From contig JADGDU010000004.1 of NCBI GenBank assembly GCA_016744705.1, positions 118,801 through 182,800 on the forward strand: a DNA stretch of 64,000 bases, given 5' to 3'. Below are positions 48,702 to 58,027 of this stretch, piece after piece. The notes under the pieces were generated by a model that was given only the letters and a program-made list of their open reading frames with translations, was not told the DNA's origin and ran no database searches. Within the stretch, counting starts at the first letter, position 1; every line of letters begins with the position of its first letter. The translations under genes and the position numbers were made by a program. The stretch comes from Candidatus Krumholzibacteriia bacterium. Lineage in GTDB: Bacteria > Krumholzibacteriota > Krumholzibacteriia > LZORAL124-64-63.

Positions 48702-50405
48702 CTAGCGTCCCTCCTTCAGGACAGCATCAAATCCAGAAATTTTTAAACCTTGAATCTCCAAAGAAGAAAGTGACTTGATTGGGTTGGAGCTCGTAAAAGA
48801 TTTCTCCAATGAAATCCTAGTGGATTGATTGGGTTCCATAATGGTGTCCTCCTTATTGTCTGCGCCATACCATTGTTCACCAATTTTGAATTCTACATCC
48901 TTTAACTCCGTATTGAGACCAACTGCACCAGTGGTCGTCACACGAGCAAAAAAACGCATTTCAGCAGAATAGTATTCTACACCTTTACTGCTGAAATACT
49001 CATTTTCGTCGAGGTTTTCATCAGACATTGGGTTGTACCAATCAAAAACAGTAGCCCCAAAAACACTGAATACTCCGACGACTTTACCATCTTTTGTTAA
49101 TGAAAACTCGACCGGAGGATTGTAGGAGACAACCGTACCTCCTGAAGCAAAAGCCAGCCTCTTCGCATTTGGGCGGCTCTCTCGGGACTCGGCATTCAGA
49201 TGAATTTTACGCTTGGTACAATTCTCTAAAGAGTCGATTTTGTTTAGGACTGAAATGAACGCTCCTTTACCATTCTCTCCATGTACATTTTTCAAATACA
49301 TTCGAGTGGTGGCATCGGCTTCTAACACATACTTACTGGGATATCCTGCAAAGAGAAGACTCTCCGCGGAAGCAGAAAGAGCGTAGGCGAGACCACCACC
49401 AACTAGGGCCCCCGACGCAGCATTTTTACCCCCAAAACCCACAGCAGCGCCAACAACAATTCCGGCAACCAGGGCATCTGACTTAGCTGATTGGTAGGCT
49501 CGAATACCATGTCGCAATTCAACATGCGAAATCTCATGAGCCAGGACTGCTTCTTTTTCATATTTGTTTTCACACAACGACAACAAGGCTTGACTCACAA
49601 AAATTTCACCACCAGGGCACCCCACGGCAATGGGCAGATCGGAGATAATAACGTTAAATCGATATTTAAAACCTAAGCTGGGCATAGGCCATTGGGCGAG
49701 AATCTCTTGTCCCGTTTCGTTTAGGGCTTGCCACCGTGGTCCTTCCCCCAGGACTTGGTACTTGCTGCGTATTTCAGCAGCCAGATATCGCCCAATCTCA
49801 AGTTCTTTCGCCAAATCCGGATTCCGACTGGAATTTCCAAAACATGCAGGACATTGTTCATGTCCGGCTAAAAATGCCGAATCCAAATCAGAAAATGGTG
49901 TCCCAGGATCGATGGTCGAGCAGTGGTTTGACCCCACAAAGTGAATCAGGTTGGAATCTGTTTTTACGCGGTATTTTTCCACTGCTTTGGAAACCGTAAT
50001 AAAAGTCAGCGCATTTTTAATGTTGTTTTCAGTTACTGCAGCCGAATCCTTTTCGCCATAAAACACCAAGGAACCATCACCAAAATTTTCTGAATGGAAG
50101 GCTAAGACAAAAGAATCATCACTCAGGTTTGTATCATGGACTGTCACTAATTCCGGTGCTGCCAAGGGAAAAAGTTGTCCTTTTAAGGCGAGGATTAAGT
50201 TCCCTTCCGGATTGTCAAAAGAGAGGATGGGATTCCCGTTGATGGACGAATCCAAGACCAATTCCAATCCAGAGAATTGCTTCACCCATGTGGGTGTTGG
50301 TTGCTTTGCCTCAAATCCGAAACTATTTTCATCTGATCCCAACGCTGTGCTGATGAATACCAGCTGCAGGGATAAAATCATTATCGTAACAAATGCTATT
50401 TTCAT
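48702..50405 (-). CDS. Secreted M48 (BepA/Ste24-like) metallopeptidase-like protein with Ada-like metal-binding segment
   Basis: Signal peptide; FNVIISDLPIAVGCPGGEIFVSQAL, EAVLAHEISH; glycine-zipper segment; LEAD motif. Confidence 0.78.
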   Translation of the reverse strand: MKIAFVTIMILSLQLVFISTALGSDENSFGFEAKQPTPTWVKQFSGLELVLDSSINGNPILSFDNPEGNLILALKGQLFPLAAPELVTVHDTNLSDDSFVLAFHSENFGDGSLVFYGEKDSAAVTENNIKNALTFITVSKAVEKYRVKTDSNLIHFVGSNHCSTIDPGTPFSDLDSAFLAGHEQCPACFGNSSRNPDLAKELEIGRYLAAEIRSKYQVLGEGPRWQALNETGQEILAQWPMPSLGFKYRFNVIISDLPIAVGCPGGEIFVSQALLSLCENKYEKEAVLAHEISHVELRHGIRAYQSAKSDALVAGIVVGAAVGFGGKNAASGALVGGGLAYALSASAESLLFAGYPSKYVLEADATTRMYLKNVHGENGKGAFISVLNKIDSLENCTKRKIHLNAESRESRPNAKRLAFASGGTVVSYNPPVEFSLTKDGKVVGVFSVFGATVFDWYNPMSDENLDENEYFSSKGVEYYSAEMRFFARVTTTGAVGLNTELKDVEFKIGEQWYGADNKEDTIMEPNQSTRISLEKSFTSSNPIKSLSSLEIQGLKISGFDAVLKEGR

Positions 50406-50492
50406 GTTCCCCCCTATCAAATTATTCCGCACGAGCCCAGCTCCTATTATGCAGATGACTTGATGTCAAAACAAAAGAACCCCTTGTCGTCC

Positions 50493-51134
50493 TTATGGGT
50501 CCTCTGTGTATGCTATCGCCGTTCCATATAACATTATCCCCAGCGTTGAATTAAGCCCTATAGAAGGAGGACGGTAAAACACCTGTACATCGACAATAGC
50601 GTCCGCCCCATAGTCAGATGCAAAGGACATACAATTCTGCATTGCCATTTTTAGATTGGATTCAAGTTCAGCACTGGGTTCTCCCCATGACCATCCCCCT
50701 GGATATATTTCCTCTACAATAGTAAAATCAGAAGGTGCTCTTGTGTCCACTCGCTGGACAAGGGTGTGAAACGTGCCCATTTCTACATGAGGCCTAGTTA
50801 AATCAAATTCTGTTTTACCAACCCCCAGAAGGGCTCTCAGCTTCGAAGGACGCATGATTATCGCCTCAGAAGAGCCAACTATGACTGGAAAAATTTCGCC
50901 ACCTATCTCTTTAGATATTTTTTTGGGCTGTATAAGACTATCAACACTGGCGACAAAAACCCTTACTTCACTCAATGGCTGAGCCAGCCCTTTTGTATAA
51001 TAGGCTCTAAATCCTGTTTTTCTATCAACCTGTTCGCCCAATCTTGTATCAATTTCCCAAACTTTAGGAGTACAACCCGACACAGCAATCGCTAATAACA
51101 AGCCTAAAAAGATGTAGCTCTGTAAATGTTTCAT
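50493..51134 (-). CDS. Hypothetical lipoprotein
   Basis: GGAGG RBS, lipobox AVSGC; C-terminal ASDYGADAIVDV...LYGTAI resembles YbjQ-like domains. Confidence 0.65.
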   Translation of the reverse strand: MKHLQSYIFLGLLLAIAVSGCTPKVWEIDTRLGEQVDRKTGFRAYYTKGLAQPLSEVRVFVASVDSLIQPKKISKEIGGEIFPVIVGSSEAIIMRPSKLRALLGVGKTEFDLTRPHVEMGTFHTLVQRVDTRAPSDFTIVEEIYPGGWSWGEPSAELESNLKMAMQNCMSFASDYGADAIVDVQVFYRPPSIGLNSTLGIMLYGTAIAYTEDP

Positions 51135-51171
51135 TTTACCCTCCGATTTGATAACAACCAACACCTCTCTA

Positions 51172-51732
51172 CTACATTCCCCCTTGAACCAACCAAGAAA
51201 GAATCCCCAGACCAATCAAGACAGCAAACAAAAGAAATTGAATCACAAAGGCTACCCAAATCGAAGTTCGATAAATATAACGGATTCCGAAGAACACCAA
51301 TACGACTCCATACATTAAGCCAAGTAATGCAGGAATTCCCATTAACAGGCTTCCCAATGAGACCAGAACCACCGGAGCATAGACAAATGAAACCAGGCTT
51401 TTGGCTGCATCATAGTTACCTGGACATCTAAAAGCTTTTACAAGCAAGTGACAAATTCCAGACAGTAAAAAATATCCAATTCCTGTTCTGACAATGCCAA
51501 ACAGGGCGGACATCAGGACCTCTGCCCCTGCCAAAAACGAACCGCTCAGAATCATGGACAAAATTACCGACACACCCAGCAGGGCAATAAAGAAAGACAT
51601 GGGATCGGGGCCTTGCCCCGACTTAAAAAGCAGATCATCGCCGTAGTGTCCCGCATGAACCCCGGCCCGAATAAAAAAGCTGCGGGGCTTCGTCATTATT
51701 TTCCACCAGGTGCCCACCAAACCCAAGTCCAT
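51172..51732 (-). CDS. Yip1-domain membrane protein (start uncertain, could extend to 51861)
   Basis: TWWKIMTKPRSFF followed by five hydrophobic segments. Confidence 0.65.
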   Translation of the reverse strand: MDLGLVGTWWKIMTKPRSFFIRAGVHAGHYGDDLLFKSGQGPDPMSFFIALLGVSVILSMILSGSFLAGAEVLMSALFGIVRTGIGYFLLSGICHLLVKAFRCPGNYDAAKSLVSFVYAPVVLVSLGSLLMGIPALLGLMYGVVLVFFGIRYIYRTSIWVAFVIQFLLFAVLIGLGILSWLVQGGM

Positions 51733-52064
51733 CTCTACAACTTCGCGTTGGGACTCAGTGAGGATTACATCCTGATCGCTCTTGGTCGCAAGTAGAGTCA
51801 AAATATGGCCTCCATCATTTTCTTTGCAATATTGCCAAAATACAAATAACAGGACACTCAAATAAGAGTTGAGAGTGCACTTCTGGCCCGCTGACAGCCA
51901 AGAGAAGCATTGAAACTTGGTACGTGATGAGAGAGAAGTACTTACCGTGGTAAAAGCAATAGCTATACCAAGCCACAGGCTTTTGGATTCTTCCTTAAGT
52001 TCCTGAATTTAAGTCAGTTATAATGTTTTGAGGTTTTCAAAAACATGGATCCAAAACAAAAGGC

Positions 52065-52080
52065 GCAACATTAATGTTGC
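52065..52080. promoter_or_regulatory. Perfect 16-bp palindrome GCAACATTAATGTTGC
   Basis: Read directly in the AT-rich intergenic region upstream of the low-GC cassette. Confidence 0.4.
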
Positions 52081-52191
52081 AGACCAGGAAAGGAACACTA
52101 TCTAAACTATTTTATAAGAGCAAGTTAGAGCATGATCATACATGTAGCACCAAATACAACAATATTACAGAAGCAGCCTCAATCAGTCGTA

Positions 52192-52458
52192 TCACCAAGC
52201 CCGCCGCGGCGGCTTAGCCCCCCGATCCCTGCTCTCATTCACTCTTAATATCTCCCCACCAAACTCAATACCATCCAGCTCTCCCACGGCCTTCATGGCA
52301 TCTTCATTCCCCATCACCACAAACCCAAACCCCCGGGCTTCTCCAGTGTCTTTCTTCATCAACGTCACGCTATCCACGTCTCCAAACGCAGAAAAAAGCG
52401 CTACAACCTCTTCGGTTGTAGCGCTCAGAGGCAATCCGCCCACATAAATGGTTTTCAC
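52192..52458 (-). CDS. RRM (RNP-1) RNA-binding protein
   Basis: IYVGGL (RNP2), RGFGFVVM (RNP1), LRVNES; GTG start. Confidence 0.92.
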   Translation of the reverse strand: MKTIYVGGLPLSATTEEVVALFSAFGDVDSVTLMKKDTGEARGFGFVVMGNEDAMKAVGELDGIEFGGEILRVNESRDRGAKPPRRAW

Positions 52459-52464
52459 CGCGGC

Positions 52465-52956
52465 CTACTTCACCGTCAGCTTCACGCTGACTGGGATAAA
52501 AGCCGGGGCCAAACAGGACTTATCATCACAAGCCTGGGCAGTCAAAGAGAAGCTCAGATTGTGCTCACCTTTGGGCAGCTCGGCAGGCACCATAGCCGAA
52601 GCTTTGATGGCTTCCTTACCTTCGATCATGAACATCTTATCGCCAAAGAAGACGCCTTCATGTCCGTGGGGGTATTCAGCCTGGAAGTCCTTCAGAACAA
52701 ATCCTTCATCAGGAACCAGATCCACACCAATAGCATTGCTATCGCCATGGGTGTAAATGTGCCACCGCTTGGTTATGTCCAGGGTGATATCAAATGCCAC
52801 TCGCTCACCGGCCACTGCGCTCACCGCAGCAGGAGTAGCCGAAACCTTAACCACATCGGCGCTGGCCCGGAACACAGGCGTGCCATCTTTGTCAGCCCAG
52901 GCTCCACCAGTAATCAGCAGAGCCATCATCACAGCTAAAACCGTTAATCTTTTCAT
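52465..52956 (-). CDS. Stand-alone DsbD N-terminal (DsbD-alpha)-like periplasmic protein
   Basis: Signal peptide, WHIYTH, AQACDDKSCLAP (C-x4-C). Confidence 0.78.
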   Translation of the reverse strand: MKRLTVLAVMMALLITGGAWADKDGTPVFRASADVVKVSATPAAVSAVAGERVAFDITLDITKRWHIYTHGDSNAIGVDLVPDEGFVLKDFQAEYPHGHEGVFFGDKMFMIEGKEAIKASAMVPAELPKGEHNLSFSLTAQACDDKSCLAPAFIPVSVKLTVK

Positions 52957-52979
52957 CAGCAGTCGTCCTTTCATGACAG

Positions 52980-54593
52980 TCACTTTTGTTTCAGAATTCG
53001 ATCAGCGGTGCGGCGTATCACCGTCACCAACCGCTCAATATCACTTTGTTCCATGCATCTGTTCTCAACATTTACCCGCAAAGCCACCCGGCTATTCAAT
53101 ATTGTGTAACTGAACCAGGTATCCCCTTCATTTTCAACCAATTCCTGGAGGTCGCGGTTCATCTGATCCACTTCCTCAGGTGAGAACTCTGAACCCCCGC
53201 GGAGTGGTTTTGGTTCCCACCGGAAGTTACAGATTCCCAAGGTATTGGGCCCCATGATTTCAAAATCATCTTGCCGTCGCATACGAGCGGCCATGATACG
53301 GGCCAATTCGATATCCTTTTCCACCCAGGCTGCGTATTGCCGTCTGCCCACCATCTTGAAGGTCATCCAGATTTTCAGGGCATTGAGGCGCCGGCTGCCT
53401 TCCACGCCATATTGGAAGAAGTTAACCTTATCTCCCAGATGAAAACCACGTTCATCCACTGCTGGCTTCTCGTCTTCGGAGAGCATTTTCTCCATATAGT
53501 ATTCCGGATGCACCAGGAAACTCCGGCGCAGGAAATCCCCATCGCGTACTAAAATCCCGCCGGCGGAAAATGGCATATAAAACCATTTATGAGGATCAAC
53601 GGTGATACTATCAGCCTCATCGATGCCACGCAACATGGGACCATACATTTCTGACAAAACAACAGCGCCACCATAGGCCGCGTCCACGTGAAACCAACAA
53701 TCATAACGACGGGCCAATTCCGCCAGTTTGTCCAGCTTGTCGATGCTGCCGGTGTTGGTGCTGCCAGCGATGCCGATGATACAGGAAGGCTTCAACCCAG
53801 CTGCAATATCCTCTTGAATAGATTCTTCCATGGCTTCCAAGTCCACGCGAAAAATATCATCCTGGGGAATTTTCCGGAGCTGCCCCCGGCCCAGCCCCAG
53901 AAGATCCACAGCTTTGTCGAAACTGTAATGCCCCTGACTGGAAACATAGAAAACCAGTTTGGAAATTTCGCTGCTCGGGCCATCCAGGTCTTCAACCTGG
54001 GAAAGGTCACGGCCCAGGGATCGGTTGATGGCCAACTTCAATGCCGTGATGTTGGACAGTGAGCCTCCCGATGCCAAAGTGCCAAAACTGGTGGCGGGCA
54101 ATCCGAACAAATCACACAACCAACGGATGACCCGTTTTTCAATGGCCGTTCCACTGGGAGCGTGCCGCCAAGAAGCCACATTCTGATTCATGGCCGAGGC
54201 CAGGGCTTCTGCAAAGACAGCCACAGGCAGAGGCGCGGGGTTCATCATGCCAAAATAACGGCGACTGCCAATGGCCATGGTGTTGGGAAAGACCTGGGTG
54301 CGGCATTCCTGCAGAACATCTGACAGAGGCGCACCACTTTCAGGAACCGGCTCTTCGAACATTTCATCCAGTCCCACCGGCGACATGGGACCATACACCC
54401 GGCGACCTTCCAACCCTTTCCAATACTCCACAATCAGGTCGACAAATTCGTAACCCATTTCCCGGACAACATTCTCATCCAGACTGTGCTCATTGGTGGG
54501 CCGTTCCAGAGGGTCAGGAATCTGGTCGTCAGCAGCAGGGGCACGGTACCCCGGAAGGTTCTTTGCATCGTCGATTTTTCGGCCAGATTTCAC
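52980..54593 (-). CDS. Group II PLP-dependent amino acid decarboxylase
   Basis: RYFGMM, GTLASGGSLSN, HYSFDKA, AGSTNTGSID, HVDAAYGG, DPHKW (PLP lysine), SRR..ALKIW. Confidence 0.92.
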   Translation of the reverse strand: MKSGRKIDDAKNLPGYRAPAADDQIPDPLERPTNEHSLDENVVREMGYEFVDLIVEYWKGLEGRRVYGPMSPVGLDEMFEEPVPESGAPLSDVLQECRTQVFPNTMAIGSRRYFGMMNPAPLPVAVFAEALASAMNQNVASWRHAPSGTAIEKRVIRWLCDLFGLPATSFGTLASGGSLSNITALKLAINRSLGRDLSQVEDLDGPSSEISKLVFYVSSQGHYSFDKAVDLLGLGRGQLRKIPQDDIFRVDLEAMEESIQEDIAAGLKPSCIIGIAGSTNTGSIDKLDKLAELARRYDCWFHVDAAYGGAVVLSEMYGPMLRGIDEADSITVDPHKWFYMPFSAGGILVRDGDFLRRSFLVHPEYYMEKMLSEDEKPAVDERGFHLGDKVNFFQYGVEGSRRLNALKIWMTFKMVGRRQYAAWVEKDIELARIMAARMRRQDDFEIMGPNTLGICNFRWEPKPLRGGSEFSPEEVDQMNRDLQELVENEGDTWFSYTILNSRVALRVNVENRCMEQSDIERLVTVIRRTADRILKQK

Positions 54594-54606
54594 TTCATTT
54601 GCCTCT

Positions 54607-55503
54607 CTATTGCGGAGGGAAAATACCTTGGGCCAACTGGTTCAGGACCAAGGCCGATCCACCTTCACTCACGGGTTTTGTCACCAGATCCGCTTCCGAC
54701 ATCACATCTTTAGGGCTGTTCCCCATGGCCACACTAAAATCTGCGGCCGCAAACATATCAAGGTCGTTGTAATTGTCGCCGATCGCCACCAGTGGACCAG
54801 CGACTTCCGGATAATGCATTCGCAAAACCTTCAACCCGGCTCCCTTATCACAGGAAGCATGGAAAACTTCGGCCCAATAATATAGACCGCCTCCCAGCAA
54901 GCTCCGGGTGTTGATGACTTTGACCTGCTGGGGCAACTGCTTGCCAATAGCTTGGGTCAGGGCCATCACTTTCTCTTTCTCATCGATGCTGCCCACTTCC
55001 AGGGCCACATCCAGATTCAGTTGCAGCAGGTCTTCCGTTTCATGAATGGCACCAACGGCCGAACGGCGTTTGGCGATGTAGCGGGACAGGATGTCATTGG
55101 CCAAACGAGTTTCGTGGTACAAGATCCCCCCGTCCTCATCAGAGCCATACACCATAGGAACCACTTCATGCTCACGAAACAGTTGAACCAGGGCATTGAT
55201 CTCCTGTCGGCCAATGACCTGGTTGGCCAGGCAGCGCCGGGGCAAACCGCCCCAAACCGAAGCTCCGTTCAACAGCACCATGGGTAAATCATCAGGAAAC
55301 CAACTCGAGGCTTCCAGCAAACTTTCCACTGAGCGCAAATTGCGGCCCGTGCAAAGGGCCAACACATGTCCCGCCTCGCGCACGGCTTGCATGGCGTCAA
55401 TTTCACGACGGGCCAGGACATCATCGAACTCGGTGTTCAACAAAGTGCCGTCCACATCCACAGCCACGAAGAGTTTTTGTGCAGGAGTCATCAGCGCCCC
55501 CAC
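54607..55503 (-). CDS. Cof-type HAD-IIB phosphatase
   Basis: VDVDGTLL, CTGR, DKGAGL, IGDNYNDLDMF, AMGNS. Confidence 0.92.
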   Translation of the reverse strand: MGALMTPAQKLFVAVDVDGTLLNTEFDDVLARREIDAMQAVREAGHVLALCTGRNLRSVESLLEASSWFPDDLPMVLLNGASVWGGLPRRCLANQVIGRQEINALVQLFREHEVVPMVYGSDEDGGILYHETRLANDILSRYIAKRRSAVGAIHETEDLLQLNLDVALEVGSIDEKEKVMALTQAIGKQLPQQVKVINTRSLLGGGLYYWAEVFHASCDKGAGLKVLRMHYPEVAGPLVAIGDNYNDLDMFAAADFSVAMGNSPKDVMSEADLVTKPVSEGGSALVLNQLAQGIFPPQ

Positions 55504-56342
55504 GCCCGAGCCACAGGGTCGTCCATGCCCAGAATAAAAATGGACCGGCAGGCTGCACTGAGAGCAGAAGCCACCGCCCGACCGTTGGCCAGGACTTTGT
55601 CCTGTTGGAAATCAAGTTCCCCGTAGATGGGGCGCCCTTTGCTGCCAATGGAGAGGGCCAATCCAATCAAGCGACCATCTTCACGGGCGGAAACGAACCC
55701 CAACATGGCTGCATCGTCCAGACGTTTGCCCAAGAGGGCGTCCAGCCAACCGTCCACATCCAGAATCAGGATTCCTGTTTCCAGGCGAAAAAGCTGGATG
55801 TCCGAAACTTTGACTGAGCCGTCTTCTTTGGTCAGCTCCACCGAACCAAGGTGCACCTCAGCCATGCGAATTCTCCCAGATACATGCAATGTTCCCGGAT
55901 GGTATCCGAGAATGCTGTAAGGCATCGGCGGCGTCAGGTCACTCACCAGCTCAATATCCCAAATGGCTTTGACCTTCATATCAGGCCAAATCCCCTCATC
56001 CGCCTTGGTCGGGCGATTTCTGCTGAAGGAGACAAGCTCTTCAAGGGGGAATTTTGACGAGCGGCCAAGGGCGTCGGCATAAGCCAAAACATCGTTCCCG
56101 GACCAGGTACCGAGAGAATCTTCCGCCGCCCACTGCAGTACCATCGCAAAAAACGGTTCGTTAACATCCGGTCCGTTGGGGTCGTACGTGTAAGATTTAT
56201 CCGCTCGGGAAAAATCGAAGGGATCCTCTTCCCAGGATACGGGCTCGCCAGCACAGGCCACCGACAAAAACAATACAACGAAAATCGCCGAAGTGACTCC
56301 CGTGACAAAAGGGCTTTTTCGAAAAAAGGTCATATTAATCAT
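55491..56342 (-). CDS. Exported hypothetical protein (possible lipoprotein)
   Basis: Hydrophobic leader ending LSVAC; overlaps both neighbours, consistent with an operonic gene. Confidence 0.65.
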   Translation of the reverse strand: MINMTFFRKSPFVTGVTSAIFVVLFLSVACAGEPVSWEEDPFDFSRADKSYTYDPNGPDVNEPFFAMVLQWAAEDSLGTWSGNDVLAYADALGRSSKFPLEELVSFSRNRPTKADEGIWPDMKVKAIWDIELVSDLTPPMPYSILGYHPGTLHVSGRIRMAEVHLGSVELTKEDGSVKVSDIQLFRLETGILILDVDGWLDALLGKRLDDAAMLGFVSAREDGRLIGLALSIGSKGRPIYGELDFQQDKVLANGRAVASALSAACRSIFILGMDDPVARAWGR

Positions 56343-57337
56343 TCTGGCACAATGGTGAAATCACCACTTCGCCCAAGGCAGTAATTATCGTCATTGTTGA
56401 CGGCCATAATCCGGTAAGGAGTCATGCCCTCCGTATTGTCAAAATCATCCACATTCCAGGTGTATGGAAAATTGGCCACGGGAACATCAGAGGCGATCGC
56501 TCCCAAAAAGACAGACCCAATGTACAAACGCAAATCCACCGAAGTCACTCCCACCGCAGCAGAAATCATGATGTCTTGGCTAGTGCCCTCAACCCACACA
56601 GCTGCGTCAGCGGGGTTTATCACATCTATGAAACAGACATCTTCATCCACCATGGCAAAGGTCACACTGTCGGCGAAGCAATCTTCCAGGTCACTATCGA
56701 TAACCCGTAAAAAGTAATAACCGTAGGATCCGTTATGCAGTGAATCCACAGTCCAGTCGTAGCTGCCCACATCTTCAATGTCGACGGCGATAAGCCCCAG
56801 GCTCTGGTCCTGCTTCCGCAACTGGATGTCCACATGGCCGGTGGAGTTGGTACTGTTCCAGGTCAGATTAAAAAGCTCACCAGCAAAGAGTGTATCGGGA
56901 AATTCGTTGGTGAATTCAAAATCACAGCCCACCGTATTTGTCAGTGTAAAAAGGCCACTGACTCCCAGGCAATTGTCCTCACTCAAAGCACTGACACGGA
57001 TGGCAAAATCGGCCCCGTTGGCTGCACCCATATTATTGGCCGTCCAACGATAATAGCCATTATTGTTAACACTGGGATGGATGATACCCAAAACAATGTC
57101 CGCTTTCAGTAATTCTATCTTTACCAAAGAGGCATCGCCGCCGGACGACCAACGGATGTGTACGGTCTCGTGAATATCATCTCCAGGCCGAAAACTTGCG
57201 CCAGCCACCGGACTGGTTACGGTGACACTGCAAGCTTCAGCCTGAGTATCCACCGGATCATCGCTACCACAGCCCCCAGCACTAAAAAATAGAGCTGTCA
57301 AAATGAAAAGGGGAAGGATGGTTATGAGTTTTTTCAT
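56339..57337 (-). CDS. Lipoprotein with three Ig-like (Kre9/KNH-like, Ser/Thr-rich) repeats
   Basis: Lipobox AGGC; three segments with SP/P...I.W...V.I.L...G.Y.W pattern. Confidence 0.7.
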   Translation of the reverse strand: MKKLITILPLFILTALFFSAGGCGSDDPVDTQAEACSVTVTSPVAGASFRPGDDIHETVHIRWSSGGDASLVKIELLKADIVLGIIHPSVNNNGYYRWTANNMGAANGADFAIRVSALSEDNCLGVSGLFTLTNTVGCDFEFTNEFPDTLFAGELFNLTWNSTNSTGHVDIQLRKQDQSLGLIAVDIEDVGSYDWTVDSLHNGSYGYYFLRVIDSDLEDCFADSVTFAMVDEDVCFIDVINPADAAVWVEGTSQDIMISAAVGVTSVDLRLYIGSVFLGAIASDVPVANFPYTWNVDDFDNTEGMTPYRIMAVNNDDNYCLGRSGDFTIVPE

Positions 57338-57375
57338 TTCTCAAATCCTTTGGTTTTGGCCTGAAAACATCCACT

Positions 57376-57963
57376 TTAAATCATGTTTAAAAAAGCCTGA
57401 TGAATGCGGCAATCATCCGTCAACTCGGGATGAAAGGTCAAGCCCAGTAAGTTCCCCTGGCGCACGGCCACGGGCTCACCTTTATAGGCTGCCACCACAT
57501 CGGCATTGGAGCCCACTTCCACAATGCGAGGAGCGCGGATAAAGACGGCCGCGAACTCCGCCTTGGAACCATCCAGTATATCGATGGCCACCGGGGCGGT
57601 AAATGAATCGATTTGCCGACCATAACCGTTGCGCAGAACCGAGCAATCCAGCATTCCCAAGGGTGAAACCCCAAAATCCTTAAACTTCTCGTCGGCCAGG
57701 ATGCTGGACATCATAATCAATCCGGCACAGGTCCCCATCACAGGATGATTAACGGAAAAGTCCAGCAGAGGTTCCCGTAATCCGACCCTATCCATCAATC
57801 GGGTGAGGGTTGTGCTTTCCCCGCCGGGAATAACCAGTGCACTGACCAGGTCCAATTCTGATGGACGGCGCACACCGAAGGTTTCGACACCCAGACTGGC
57901 AAATTTTTGGCGATGTTTTTCATAGTCACCCTGCAATGTGAGCAGGCCTACAGGCTTCGTCAT
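57376..57963 (-). CDS. pdxT: PLP synthase glutaminase subunit
   Basis: LQGDY, IPGGESTT, GTCAG, RNGYGRQIDSF, FIRAP, FHPEL; start reassigned to 57963. Confidence 0.95.
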   Translation of the reverse strand: MTKPVGLLTLQGDYEKHRQKFASLGVETFGVRRPSELDLVSALVIPGGESTTLTRLMDRVGLREPLLDFSVNHPVMGTCAGLIMMSSILADEKFKDFGVSPLGMLDCSVLRNGYGRQIDSFTAPVAIDILDGSKAEFAAVFIRAPRIVEVGSNADVVAAYKGEPVAVRQGNLLGLTFHPELTDDCRIHQAFLNMI

Positions 57964-57977
57964 TTGTTCTCCCAAAA

Positions 57978-58009
57978 GCGGCCCGGGAGGATTGCTCCTG
58001 CCGGGCCGC
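57978..58009. other. GC-rich hairpin between pdxS and pdxT
   Basis: GCGGCCCGG...CCGGGCCGC stem with inner GGAG/CTCC pairing; no U-tract, so a stabiliser or pause site rather than a terminator. Confidence 0.5.
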
Positions 58010-58027
58010 CGAGGTGTTGCGTGAAAA

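Noticed and set aside
55491-55520. C-terminus PVARAWGR* of the exported hypothetical protein, superficially like the SWxxxK motif
   Set aside because: The spacing is different and the Lys/Tyr part is missing; it overlaps the next gene start, so it is probably coincidence.
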